From Torpedo marmorata (taxonomy: Eukaryota): 64,000 nucleotides of DNA. Both the position numbers and the translations under genes were made by a program. The notes beneath the pieces were generated by a model, which saw only the letters and a list, made by a program, of their open reading frames with translations, ran no database searches and was not told the origin of the DNA. Below are positions 35,099 to 48,663 of the stretch, piece by piece; within the stretch, counting starts at the first letter, position 1, and the number at the start of each line of letters is the position of its first letter. The stretch spans positions 129,270,001 to 129,334,000 of the forward strand of contig OZ360227.1 of assembly GCA_977017645.1 (NCBI GenBank), read 5' to 3'.

Positions 35099-36559
35099 CA
35101 GGGTAATAACAGAATGAAATAGGTGGACACAAAGCTATCTTCCAATTGAAACAAATAATTCAATTAATTGCAAGCTTATTTCTGATTTTTTAAAATATGT
35201 TGCTGCAATATGTAACAACCCTTCTGTCCCATCTTATGAATGAGTAGGGGGAGTCTTACATTGATTTTGCCCTGATATCATGTGCAACTGTTTCTTTAAC
35301 CTATTAAGATTTATGATCTAGAACATATAAATAAGTCGAGATCTTACTAAAACGTGTTTCTTGTAATCTGATCAATTCACAGCAGCACAGTTTTATTGGT
35401 GAGGAAATAATTCCCAAATTTGGAAAGGCCAAATGGAATAAATACTAAAAAATTAGAAAAAAGTAGGAAACACTGAAAGCATTCAGCTGGGAAGCCAGCA
35501 TCTGAGAGAGGGAATGATGAAAGTTTTGATAAAAGGTAATTGACTGAGACATTCATATTATTTATTTCTCCATAAATGGTGTCTCACATACTGAGTTTTA
35601 TAATAATTATTGTGCAGTTTCAATCCCACTCCAGAGCCACAGAGGAAATGCTATGCTAATGCACTGTCATTTTAGTAAGATGTTGATCCATTTCCCGATC
35701 TGAAGGACATAAAATACCCATTAGAATTAATATGAGAAGAAAGGGCTATCTCCCTGGTATTCTGGCTATTATTTGGTACTCAAATTTAACTAAAACAGGT
35801 TAATGGTTGCTGTCCCTAGATACTGGCTAACAACATTTCCATTTTAAAAAACTTTTGTAGAATCAACAGAATTTTGCTTTCTAAAATTGACAATTACTTC
35901 CTCACTATTCAAATTATATTGGAGGGAATTGAACAAGTTAGAAGAAATTTGCTTGATTTTCACTCATTTACATTTCATGTTTTGTGAGATATTATTCATG
36001 TTAACTTTTCTACATTATAAAAATGATTACAATTCAAAAGTACCTAATTAGTCATAAAAAGCTTTGGGATATCTAAAAGTTGTGAAAGATGACTTTTGCG
36101 TAAATGTTCTACTTTCTTTACAATCTCACTTGCACGTCATGATCACACTAAAGAAAACAATAATGAAACCTGATCTAAAGATGACCTGTTATGTCCTACA
36201 TTGTTATGAAATAAACATAGGAATGATCAATGCTTGTCTCATTGTAGTCTGACATTTACTAACGCAAAATGACCAAAATAATACTAATACCTGATAATAC
36301 TAAATATCATTTTTAAATGCTTATAAGCACTTCATAAAATAAATCAAAATCTGAAAATCATTTAATCCAGTTGAATTGTTCTATTTATTTTCTGAAACGT
36401 GCTCTCATAGATATTATTCATCCCGTTATGGTGATCAAAATTACCCTATCATTTTTATTAAGGTAAGGGTAACATCATTGTTAAATAATTTGATTGTGCG
36501 TTATCAGCATTTTTCCATTTTTGTCGCCGTCATTTGTGCAGTTGAAAAAGGTCATATTT

Positions 36560-36947
36560 TTGAGATGCATTGCAATATCTTTCAATGATCGGTAACATGA
36601 AGCGCTGACTTTGGCCCGTAGGTAGGTACACTTTCCTTTCGCCGTGACTCCTGCGACAGCTGTGGGAACCAATCACTTGGTCATGTGTGGATGGTGTGTG
36701 ACACTTCCCATTGGGAGGTAGGCGACACTGAGTGTGTGTGCGAGAGAGAGAGAGAGGACAAAAAGAAAGGAAGAGAGGAATCTGTCGGCGAGCTGTTCGC
36801 CTGTCTGGTGAAACGAATCAGTCAGGCCGAGCGCACCAAGCAGAGAGAGAGAGAGAAAAGCAAGAAGCAAGACTGATACGGGCAGCGCTCAGTAGCTGAA
36901 GTCACGAGCTATTTTGTCGACCCACATCGCAGGCACCCACACCGAAG
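36560..36947 (+). promoter_or_regulatory. Putative CERS6 promoter / 5' UTR
   Basis: Local rise in CpG just upstream of the CERS6 ATG. CCAAT at 36669-36673, M-box-like GTCATGTG at 36680-36687, and (GA)n tracts. The transcription start cannot be determined from sequence. Confidence 0.55.
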
Positions 36948-37117
36948 ATGGCAGGTATCCTCGCCTGGTTCTGGAATGAGAGGTTCTGGCTGCCCCACAA
37001 CGTAACCTGGGCAGACCTGAAAAACACAGACGAAGCCACTTTCCCGCAGGCGGAGGATTTGTACCTGGCGTTTCCTCTGGCCTTCTGCATTTTTATGGTT
37101 CGGCTGATTTTCGAAAG
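36948..37117 (+). CDS. CERS6: Ceramide synthase 6, first coding exon (170 nt, phase-2 donor)
   Basis: Translates [56 protein letters not shown](R), which I recognise as the vertebrate CERS6 N-terminus. Strong Kozak context (AAGATGG) and donor AG|GTAGGC at 37117/37118. Confidence 0.96.
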
Positions 37118-38378
37118 GTAGGCAATGTATCCTAGTCACATCTGTTTGAGAATCTATCGGTGCAGGCCAAAATAATTATCCTGCAATGTTTAAACAAGCG
37201 AACTTTAATGAATATTACATGTCAAATGCCATTGTGTCGCGTTCAGACACTGCAGGGGGGTTCATGATGGGACTGTAATGTGGCTGTTCCTTGCATCCAT
37301 TGCTGGGAAGGGTGCAGGCAAGCTCCGCAAACTTGCCATCCGCTTCCTATGCGATCATTCATTCGTTGATGAATGGAGCGGACTGCTCCCAGTCGGCAGC
37401 CGAGTCTCGGAAACAGACACATGCCCAAGGTTTACTTCGTGCTGAGGAGGAAAGAACCCACTGTCAGACTTGGTCGGACTAATTCAATGTGTGCACGGCG
37501 TTTTTTTTAAGGCGAAACCTTTATACCTACCAGTCCCATTCTGGCTGAACGAAAGCCAGATCAGCTTTGTTCTGTGGGATTGGGAAAGCGCCGCCAGTTC
37601 CCGATGGAAGAAGCGTGAGATGTTGGGGCAGCGGCGGGCAGAATAGTCCCATGCAAATTGCGCCTCTAAAACTGTGCAAATTTGCAACGCAGGCTCAGAC
37701 CCACCTTTCTTTTAGTCTTAATGGCTCAAACAAAGAGATGTCTTCAATATTGGCATCGCAAGGTGAAGTCTAGCCTGATACAACATCAGTTCTTCAAGTG
37801 CTGTTGCTTTTGAAGCAACCCCTTCCATCTCGGTCGGATAAACTTCTGTTATACAGAGTTTAGTTCTTCGTCATGTTATGTTCCTCATTCATGCATCGAT
37901 TAGTACATTGTTAAAATAGCGACATTGAGAGGGAAAGTTATCTTAAAATTTGGCCTAATTACGCCTGCAAAACGTATTATATAGTGTACAAAAATATATT
38001 TTCAGATTTCATGTGAACAGACGTTATCTTAAATATTAAGGACTGGATTTTTAAGAAGCTGTTTCTAGCTTTTAATTTAGACACTAAATACTAATAACTT
38101 AAATCAAACATTACATTCATATTGCAGTTTAATTTAATTGTAATTTATGCATAAATTACTGTAAGTGCTCTTTGTGCAGTTCAGTGCACATACAAATGCA
38201 GTACTCCTTGCCACCATGAAGTCTTATTTCAATCTGAGTAATCAGCAGACATCAACCTTTTCTGCAAAAAGATGATTAACAGAAAACTGTTTCTTTGGAT
38301 TTCTGATATTAATCCCACAGGAAGATCTTCTGTGTCCTCCGACTCAAGAGAAATTGTGAAGTATTTGAAAAATACATA

Positions 38379-38445
38379 AAGATTTTTCTGGGAGTGGAGG
38401 GGAAGATTTTTCTGGGAGTGGAGGGGAAGATTTTGCTGGGAAGGG
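38379..38445 (+). repeat. 24-bp tandem repeat, ~2.7 copies
   Basis: Unit AAGATTTTTCTGGGAGTGGAGGGG. Confidence 0.9.
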
Positions 38446-39564
38446 ATATTTTTGTACTTTCTGCCAACACAGTGACTGAAGAAATAACAGACCTCTCTAA
38501 CCCTGCCATTTACCCTTTACCCCCACCGTCTTCACAGACTGGTTATCCTAGAAATGCAGATCCTAGAAGCAGAATCTTGCAGCACAGGAAGAGTCCATTT
38601 GCCTGTGCTGCTGAACTTCCCCATTTATTCCTATACCCCACGCTAATGTGCTTTTTGAAGAATGTGCTCTACTGACTTTTGAAAGCTCTTATGGAATCTT
38701 CTTCCAAGATGCTTTCAGGTAATGCATACCAGCTCATAATAACTCTCTGTGGAAATAAATCCAGTTTTTCTTCGAGTTCTTTTACAGTTATTTTGAAAGC
38801 AGATGAAACAGTTTCTCTGTGCTTGCTTTATCAAAACTTGTTGCAGTTTAGAACACCTTCATTATGTCTTTTCTTAACCTCTCTGCTTCCAGACTCTTCA
38901 TTTAACTGCAAGCCCTAATTCCTAATGCCATTCTTTTATCCACTTTCCAAGGCATTAACATTTTTCAAAATGTGATGCCCTATATTGTGCATAATATTCC
39001 TGGTTTAATAATTGCAAAGTTCAGCACAACTTTTTTTTATATTCAATGTCCTACTCATTAAACCAAGTATTCCATATACTTAACAGCCTTATCACATATC
39101 CAGACATCTTGAAAGTTTTGCAGATATGTATACTTCCATCAATCTATTCTTGTACAACCCTCTTCAAACTATTTAGATTATCCTGTCCATCTGTGTTTTC
39201 TTCCTAATGTGAATAACTTTACACTGAAATTGGATCTGTCTTCTATTTGCCAAATTCACCATTCTTTCTTAGCCCTCTTGATATCTGCTACAAGTATTTT
39301 CACTGTTTAGTAAATCTTAAGTTCTTTACTTCTAAATTCATTCTTCCCTAAGTGACAAGAAAAACAATGGTCTAAATATTGCTTTTGGAAGTATACCCAC
39401 TGCATATTTCTCTTAAGTTGTCAGACCTTCATTCAAATTACCATTGCATCCTATCTCTTAGTGATGTAACTACCAAAGTTACCATCCCCCCTTTAATTTT
39501 TGTGCGTCTATTTCTTAGTGAACTTGTAAAGAGAATAAAATGGCACCATATGAACTGATATAGA

Positions 39565-39943
39565 AACAGATATGAAGTGACCTGGATTGCTTCTAATTCT
39601 AACTTTGGGCACAAGGTACAGATGCCTGAAACCAACACTTCCAGGTTCAAGAACATTTTTTACAACAGCTATCAGACTCTTAAACTTCCCCTTGGTACAC
39701 TAATCATAGTTTGTTCCCACAGCACAAAAGAACTGTCTGCACTATTGCAAGTCACCTTTTTTGCACTCGGATTATTGTGAATATTTATATGTATCTTATC
39801 TTTTTATTGCCTCTTAGTGTAATTTAATTAGTTTACTATTATAGTTTTTCGTCACAAGTACCTATTCGGCTGTGGCAAGTAAGAATTTCAGTGCATATGT
39901 AAATTGTACAATGGGTATGACAATAAGCATCAGCATCATCATC
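39565..39943 (+). mobile_element. Degenerate Rex1/Babar-like 3' end
   Basis: AGGTACAGATGCCTGAAA...AGGTTCAAGAACA...GCTATCAGACTC resembles the Rex1 ORF end. Finishes GACAATAA plus (CAT)n. Confidence 0.55.
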
Positions 39944-40662
39944 GCTCGGCCAAACAGCTGCCTCCTGTGCAATACTATCTACTGTTTTATATGATTATGA
40001 CATTAAATACTTATAGAAAGTCAACTTGTACAACTATTTCTGAACTATCAAAAATAAATCATTTTTGAATTTAAAAGCATGTTCTCAGTTTTTGGTATGT
40101 AAATTACTGTACAGCTTCCAATGACTGAAATGTTGTTTTTCAAAGTCACTCATGCAACTTTCTATTGGTTAAAGGTCTTTTACTTTTCCTGCTATTTCTG
40201 GGTTTTTTTGCATAAGTAAACAATTGTATTGTATTTCTTTCATTTAGTAAATAAATCTTGGTTAAACACAATGATTGAGGATTTAGAATTAATTTGGAAT
40301 AATGCTATGCTGTTTATACACTTTCAAGTCTTCAAATACAAATTGTGACACTTAAATACCTCTATTCTAACTTGAAATTATGTGAGAAAATGATGATATT
40401 CAGAGATGTTAGAATAAAATGGAGTATTTATGTCAGCAGTTTGACCCCAGTGCTTCAGACACAGACAACATGCTATTGGGATGTTTAACCCTAAAATCTT
40501 TGGCTATTTCATTACTAAAGAAAATAAAGATAACTGTTATCTTTATTTTCTTTGGTGTTTCCCATTTGATAAAATTATGCATTTATGTTGAACAAAATGT
40601 GAATTATTTAAACTTCTAAATAGAAAATATAACTAACATTTCATCAGGGAAATTATATTAAT

Positions 40663-41630
40663 TTCTTTTTTTTTATTTTAAAAATATTTTTATTGGAATT
40701 TTAAAGTATAAACAATTGAACAGTACAATTATACGATGTGCTACAAAATTAGGAAAAAAAATTACAAATATGATCATAATTAAAGAATCCAGAGCACATT
40801 CTTGATAATGAAATAAAACATAACAACAAAAAAAACAGAAAAAAAAGGAAGAGAGAAAAAAAATTTCAAAACCCCTTCCTCCAAGCAAGGTTGAATATTG
40901 ACATATATGAATCAAGTAACACCATCTTGGAGAGGGACAACACAGCGCCAAAATTCCAGAACAACACTAAATCTTAAGATTATGATAGTAGTCCATAAAT
41001 GAGCCCCATGTCTTTTGGAATTTAATATCTGAATCCTTGATAGCATATCTAATTTTTTCTAGATTTAAGCAAGACATAATATCGTTTAGCCACTGTATGC
41101 AGGTGGGGTGTTATCTTTCCATTTTATCAAAATTGCACGTCTGGCTATCAATGAAGTAAAAGATAAAATTCGGCTTTGAATTGAAGTCAATAATACATCA
41201 TCCTCTTGAGATATTCCAAAAAGAACAATTAAAGGACAAGGTTCCAATTTTAAATTTAAAATCGCCGATAGTGTTTGAAAAACATCCTTCCAAAACTTTT
41301 CTAAGCTTGGGCAGGTCCAGAACATATGAACTAAAGAGGCATCACCTATTTTACATTTGTCACATAAAGGATTTATATCTGAATAAAAATGGGACAGTTT
41401 AACTTTAGACATATGTGCTCTGTGGACCACTTTAAATTGCAGCAAACAATGCCGTGCACAAAAGGAAGTAGTGTTAATCACATTAAAAATAGAATCCCAA
41501 ACCTCATTGGAAAGCGAAAGGTTCAAATCCTGCTACCATGTGTTCTTGATTTAAACTAATGAGGCTTGCCTTAAATTAGCCACTTTGTCATAAATAAGAG
41601 ATATTAAGCCTTTATAAGGAGGTTTAATAT
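40663..41630 (-). mobile_element. L1-clade LINE 3' fragment
   Basis: ORF 41086..41526 with LLQFKVVHR...CDKC...HMFWTC; poly-T at ~40665-40673. Confidence 0.85.
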
Positions 41631-42754
41631 CTAGGACCATGGTATGTAAGTTACTTAGCTTGTTCAATAGCTTTTTGCTCAATCCATCATTATTCAGTCA
41701 TCTGCAACACCATGTGAGAACCTGAAATCTGTGGTTACTTTAAACAATCATAGAAGCAAGTGAAGGCTTGAGACCTAGAAGATTATTGTTTAACAATGTC
41801 ACTATTGTGCATGTGGTCTCGTTGGAGTGTTCAGGTACCCCAACATATGGGCATAAAATATAAATAGGTTGCTTGCTTGGCTGATCTTGATGCAAAAAAG
41901 AATTGTGTTTGTTGTATACAGTTAATAACATTCAAAAGTCTTCAGTGTCTGGAACTTAGTGGTGTCTAGAAGTTAGGTGATCAATGTGTGTCCTTACAGT
42001 TTCATGCAATCAGACTTAAAATTGATGCCTTTGGCTTCTACAGCTAGGATAGCAGTTGGGAAAGAAATCCATCTCAAGATTTCAATAGATTATTTAAGTG
42101 ATTGATTTGTAGTTTTCAAAGATAAAACAATATAGCATTGAAAGATTACCTTACAAATCATGAAAATGCCCCATATAATAAAAATATAACTTGATTTATT
42201 CTGTTATTGCAAAATATTGATTCTGTTGGTTGTTAACTAGGATTTGTGTATAAGAACAAGGGCAAAGTATAAATATTCTCTATGGTTTCAATTAGTTTTT
42301 TTTATTATTATTATGGTTGATTTTTCTTTTCTCCCAAAATATATTTTTTTATTTCTGGAAAAGACTCTTGCTCATCTCTTAAACCTATAAAGTTTGCAGG
42401 TTTAATTAATATGACAAGAAACAATTGTTGATAATGGGAAATGGATTATGGATTGAAACAATGAAATTAATGTGCCGTTATACCACACCTAAGAGAGGTC
42501 TGTCAGTGAAGATCTTTGTTTTGGCTATCTTTCAAATTGCAGTCCAACTTGGGGCAGTAAACAGGGTAAAATGCAGTCTTAGAAATTACCAGCAGGAATA
42601 TATTGCAAAAAATATCTTGATGCTGATGTTGATGAGTGGGTTGACCAGCGAGCTAGTTTAAAGATAGCAAAACACTAAATTGATGTCTTTTAGCAAAATA
42701 TAGATACCTCCAGATGCATGGCCATTAAACCTACCCAGAGCCATCATCAACATT

Positions 42755-42990
42755 CGGTTAGCATAGCGGTCAGCGCAATGCTCTTACAGTGCCAGCAGCC
42801 AGGGTTCGAATCCGGTGCTGTCTGTAAGGAGTTTGTACATTCTCCCCGTGTCTGCGTTGGTTTTCCCCGGATGCTCCGGTTTCCTCCCACCCTTCAAAAA
42901 CATACTGGGGTTGTAGGTCAATTGGGTGTAATTGGGCGGCACTGGCTCATAGGCCGAATGGGCCTGTTACTGTGCTGCATGTCTAAAAAA
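42755..42990 (+). mobile_element. HE1/V-SINE-like tRNA-derived SINE
   Basis: A box TAGCATAGCGG, B box GGTTCGAATCC, V-domain TTCTCCCCGTGTCTGCG...CTCCGGTTTCCTCCCAC, CR1-like tail. Confidence 0.85.
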
Positions 42991-44014
42991 GAATATTCCC
43001 CAGCATTCCCAAGCCATACCCAATAATTCCCAAAAGCTAAAAAGAGCCTTAGACAAAAGGACTAACGTCTATTTTTAAATCTACATCCACCACTCCCATC
43101 TAAACTGAGGCTTACAGATAATGAAAGATCAATTATCTGTAAAAAGAAAAAATGGCGCCGGCAACCCACGGCGACTTTCTGCGGGCTGCAGAAACCCATG
43201 TTAAATAATCTGAATTGTAGGCCAAATGCTTATGGAAGTGCTTAATCTTGCATCTTCTCGCGAGATGGTAAGGTTCCAGTTGTGCTTTGAAGAGTGCTTG
43301 ATTAAAGACCTGTGCACTGAAGTGAGAATAGCACTCCATTGCCTTATTGCTGTGGGCAGGAAACATCTCCCCCATTAGAAGCCAGATACGAATGATTTAT
43401 GTAATTGCCTCAACTTGGAGACTTTCCATGAAACTGCCATTTCACTACAGAAGGGTGATAGAGTGCATTAAACAGAACCATGTTCCTTACGTTTCTTTTG
43501 CTGCATCCTTCAGCATCATAGGAATTTGTGTCATTTACATATCTCATTTGTGTAATTGTGAATAATTAAACATATTTTTTTCTCTGTTATGACTGAGGTG
43601 TTACCTGTATTGGTGATCTGTAGTCGCTTAAGAATTCTTCCTGCATGCAAGTATGTTGATCCCTGGACAGCTCTGATGTGGACGTGGCCCATCTCCATCC
43701 TAGATGGATAGCTTTTTAGTCAGGTATGGTACAGTTTACCTCTACCCTGTGGATCTAGTTCACACTAACCTAGTTAAATAGACCAGTGGTTAATTCAGAT
43801 ACAGTTCACTTCTGCTCCCTCGGTACATACATGTCAATAACTTGGGCCAGTACAAAGTTAATTTTGCCAGAATTTTTAAAAATGCAGCCTATTTTTGTAA
43901 AGTTTACTACACAGGGACCTTACTAAGTTTACAACAGTTGTTAAATACCTACTTCCTAAAAGGACAGCATAAGTAAGCAGGTAAGTATAGGCCAAAGCAT
44001 TCAGTATCAATTAC

Positions 44015-45648
44015 GAAGGTCTGAAAGCACTTCGCTTCTTCCTGGACCAAATACCCGACCAGTCACCCTCTACCACCACCCTCCTCCGCCTGGCAGAACT
44101 TGTCCTCACTCTCAATAACTTCTCCTTCAACTCATCCCACTTCCTCCAAATCAAAGGAGTAGCCATGGGTACCCGCATGGGTCCCAGCTACGCCTGCCTG
44201 TTTGTGGGCTTTGTGGAGCAATCCATGCTGCAAGCCTACACAGGCAAGACCCCTCATCTCTTCCTCCGGTATATCGACGACTACATCGGGGCTGCCTCAT
44301 GCACCCGTGATGAGCTTGTCAACTTCATCCACTTCGCATCCAACTTTCACCACAATCTCAAACTCACCTGGTCCATCTCCGATAACACTCTCCCCTTCCT
44401 GGATCTCTCTGTCTCCATCTCGGGAGACAAGCTTTCCACCGACATTTACTACAAACCCTCCAACTCCCACAACTATCTGGACTACACACTGTCCCCTGCA
44501 AGGACTCCATCCCCTTCTCTCAATTTCTCCGCCTCCGCCGCATATGTTCCCAAGATGAGGTGTTCCACTCCAGATCTTCTGAAATGTCTGCCTTTTTCCA
44601 CAAACGTGGCTTCCCCTCCACCACCATCAACTCAGCCCTCACCCGCATCTCCTCCATTTCCCGCTCATCTACCCTGGCCCCCTCTGCCCCCAGACGCAAC
44701 AAACATAGAATCCCCCTCATCCTCACCTACCACCCCACCAGCCTCCGCATCCAACACATTATCTGCCGGAATTTCCGGCACTTGCTACAGGATCCCACCA
44801 CCAGACACATTTTTCCTTCTCCTCCCCTCTCGGCCTTCCGTAGGGACCGCTCCCTCCACGATTCACTCGTGCACTCATCCCTCCCCACCCATCGCACCCC
44901 CGGAACCTTCCCCTGTGCCCGCAGGAGGTGCAACACCTGCGCCCACACCTCCCCCCTCACCACGGTCCAGGGCCCCAAACAGGCCTTCCAAGTGAAACTA
45001 CACTTCACTTGTACATCCAGAGAACTTATTTACTGCATCTGGTGCTCCCTTTGTGGCTTTCTATACATTGGAGAGACCGGTCGTAGATTGGGCGACCGCT
45101 TTGCTGAGCACCTCCTCTCCGTCCGCAACAACAGTGACCTCCCAGTAGCCAACCATTTCAATTCCGAGTCACACTCCCACACTCACATGTCTGTCCATGG
45201 CCTCATGTACTATCCCACCCAGACTACCCGCAAATTGGAGGAACAACATCTCATATTCCGTCTCGGCACTCTCCAGCCAGATGGCATTAACATTGACTTT
45301 TCTGCTTTCCTCTAAACCTGCTTGTTGTTCCCTTCCCCTCCCCCCTCACCTGTCCTTCCTGTTTTTCTCCAGCTACCTAGCCATCCCTCCTCCCCCTCTT
45401 TGCTGCTGTCCCCTCCCTCCTTTCTCCACCTATCATCTCCTGCCTTTGCCATCCCCCTTCCCCCCTCACTCCTTTGTTCAGACGCCTGCCAGCATTTTCT
45501 CATACTTTGATGAAGGGCTCAAGCCCGAAACGTCGGTTATGTATTTCTACCTTTGCTACATAAAAGACACTGTTTGACCTGCTGAGTTCTCCAGCATTTG
45601 TGTTTTTTACTTCAACCACGGTGTCTACAGATTTTCGTGTTTTACTTT
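44015..45648 (+). mobile_element. Penelope-like element, second 5'-truncated copy (frameshifted)
   Basis: Highly similar to 23047..24598. A ~10-nt deletion near 44489 splits the ORF (44165.. and 44560..45315). Candidate 8-bp TSD TCAATTAC (44007-44014 / 45649-45656). Confidence 0.93.
45505..45545 (+). ncRNA. Minimal type I hammerhead-ribozyme-like motif in the Penelope terminus
   Basis: TTGATGA-A-GGGC(TCAA)GCCC-GAAA-CGTC. Matches the CUGANGA/stem II/GAAA/NUH layout known from Penelope-like elements, with U instead of C at core position 3. Confidence 0.6.
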
Positions 45649-48600
45649 TCAATTACAACCAGCTCCTGTTGAAGAGTACATAATTCACAATAAATTTAAA
45701 GATAAAAATGAAAGGATTAGCCAAGCAGATCCAATATGGATTTCTTAAAGGCAAGTTATATTTGATAAATTTAATAGATTTATTGATTAAATAATTGATT
45801 GATTAGATAAATGGAGTGCAGTAAATTTACAGGGATTTTTATATGGCAGAGGATGCCTGGCTTGCCTGACTGTTGAAAAATTGTAATAGCTTTATAAAAT
45901 ATTAGTTGATAAATAAGGTTGTTGTCCAAATGATTGACCGCTGGTCATGTGGCTAATTAGGCTTTCAGATTTGAGTAATTACATGTTGATTCTTCATGGA
46001 AAAGTCTCAGTCTTAAATGCCTGACCCCTTATCACGCTTCAGTGAAGGATAACAAGCACAGCATCTATCCCATTTTAAATATTTCAGCAAGGTTACCTCT
46101 CATTTTTCCCAACAATGTAGCCCTATTCCACCCAATACCCTGATTGCTCCGTGTGTTTGGTTATTGAATGGTGATAAATATTTCATCCATCAATATACTG
46201 TATATTCTGCAAGCCATGTAATGGTTTCTTTATAAAAGTTAGCGTTTAATAAAAATGCAGTTACAATTGGTTAATTGGCTACACCATATGATTGCTCAAG
46301 TAGGAGAAAGTTTGGACATTTATTTTAATCACATATGAACTGGGGTAGTGAAAATTAAGGTGTTTGTTAATGACACAAAGAATCTGAAAGAAAAATACAG
46401 CTAAATAGAATAAAGATTGATAAAGGTTGCAATTTAATTTGAAATTTATGAAAATGTAGACTGGGAGAAAAAATATTGAATGGTGCCATAAATATGGGGA
46501 AATGGTGAAAAGTAAGGCTGAACAGAGCCTGAGGGTTCATATAAGTAAGTTCTTGACATGCAGTCTGGTGCATTGATCACTTTGGCAACTGGAAGGCCAT
46601 TTTCTCTTTTAAGGGAAAGTTGGATTGTTAATTGAATTTCATGAATTTATGAGACTATTATGAGAGACTGAAGACCATTGTTTTTGAATTGCTATATCGA
46701 GGCTATGTAAATGTGATAGGCCAAATTACCTTCTGTCTGGTAGAATTCTGCAGAACTAGTTTGAGTTACAACTACAATTTATTAAATTGTATTTTTATCA
46801 TTCACTGACTTTATTTGGCAGTTAAACACCAGATCAAATTCCAGTGTAGCATTACCTTTAAAACTCAAAATAAGAGGTTTACATAAAACCATGAGAGAAA
46901 ACTGATCCTGCTTTACATTCTTTAGGGGTGCTACTGAATTTTACTTTGATTATGTTCTGTGTTCTTTTGCCAACTGAAGAACTTGTTCAAGGAGCCACAG
47001 CTAACCTATGAGATTAATTTTAAATACAGAAGTTAAGGAAATACTGAAAGAAGCTGAAACAGAATTTCTGAAGCCTTTCCAGCAGTCATTTGTATAACTG
47101 TTGGCATGCGCAGGCTTTTCTCCTCAAAAGGCTGATGCAGTTGCCCAGTTTCTTGATCACTGCCCTTTGATTCTACATTAATCACACTGCAACACTTGAG
47201 TTCACTGTATAATTCTGCTTCCCAGTATAATCTTCTTCCTTTGAATTGTTGCTATCTATTATCAATCTGAGGAGTATCAAGCTGAACAACTGGAGCTGGT
47301 CTGTGTGGAATGGTGAAAAGAGTACCAACAAAAAATATTGTCACACATTCAGCTGCCAAGGAAACCTAGCCATCCAAAGGCCAAGAAATGTGAAAGAGTT
47401 TTGTCCCAGAAAGGTCAAGGAACAGTAAAAACCAAAGCCAATGGCCAAGGACCAGGTGTATGAACCTGGACTACCACTTCTAGGAGTCGGGGCCTGGGCT
47501 CTCCTTCTGTATGAAAATTTGTTTGCATGAATTCAAATTACCTGTACGTTGAAGTTTTGCTTAATCCAATTAGATTTTGGAACTGGTATGGAGGGCTGGC
47601 TGCCTGCAGGTCTCACAAAGGCCTCAATGGTTGTCAAAGCTATTCAGGAACCACCAGCCGCAAAGTTAGAAAGGCACAAACTGCTGGGAAGTGGCTGCCA
47701 TCAGGAGACTGTGCCCGGCGGTAAATTCAAAGAAACTGAATACTTTGAAGGGTTTGTGTTCGACCAGCTTGGAAAATTCACCATCCATCAGAATATCTGC
47801 CCCAAATTTTGTTGCATTTTAAGATAATTAAACATTGCAAGGCATTTTACAAAACATGTTGTCGAACAATATTTGATAATGTACCATGGAAGGCAGACAA
47901 CCAAATGTTTGGGCAAAGTTTAAGCGGCATTTTAAAGGAGTAAATGGAGTACAGAGGGAATTCCGAGATTCAGGCCCAGGTCACTGAAGGCATAGCCGAC
48001 AATGAATGATGTTCTGACTAAATAAATCAAGAGACAAGAATTAGAGAGTGCACAGATTATGAATGGCTACAAAAGATTCTAAAGTTTGGGAGGAGCAACG
48101 CCATGGAGCAATTTAGTGCCCTCCACTAATTCTTCTTAAAAAGGTGTTGTGAGTCTCCTTGAATTGTTGCCGTCCTTCTGTCAAAGCTACTCCCACCATG
48201 TTGTTATATAGCAAGATCCAGGTTATAGGCTCATGGGTGGTGAAGGTTTGGTGATAGTCAGGACAGGTGTATGACTTGAAGGGGAATATGCAGATGATGA
48301 TGTGGCCATGGCTCTGCTGCCCTTGATCTTCTTGGGAAAGCTTTAGAAGGTGCTGTCAGAGTAGCCATGCAACTGCAGGGAACCATCCGCTGATAGTGGG
48401 TTACTGTCAGTGGGTATCAAGTCCAGTGGCAAGACGTAGCATCTGAACACTGCTTCTTCTCCTCCAATGCTAGGTATTGGATAATCAGTATGATAGCTTA
48501 GAGGTAGCACGAGGTTAAGACAGGGAGCCAAGTGATGGACTTTGAAATGATGGTTGCCAAGAGGTAGCATCTAGCTGAAATAACTCGAGTGAAAAGAACA

Positions 48601-48663
48601 GAGCTACCACAGACAGATATGTAACATTAACCTAACATTTTGAAGTGACATGAAATGATTGGA

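Noticed and set aside
29734-35122. Duplicated ORFs at 29734..30211 and 34667..35122
   Set aside because: Translations of the Gmr1-like LTRs with microsatellite-derived runs; no coding signature.
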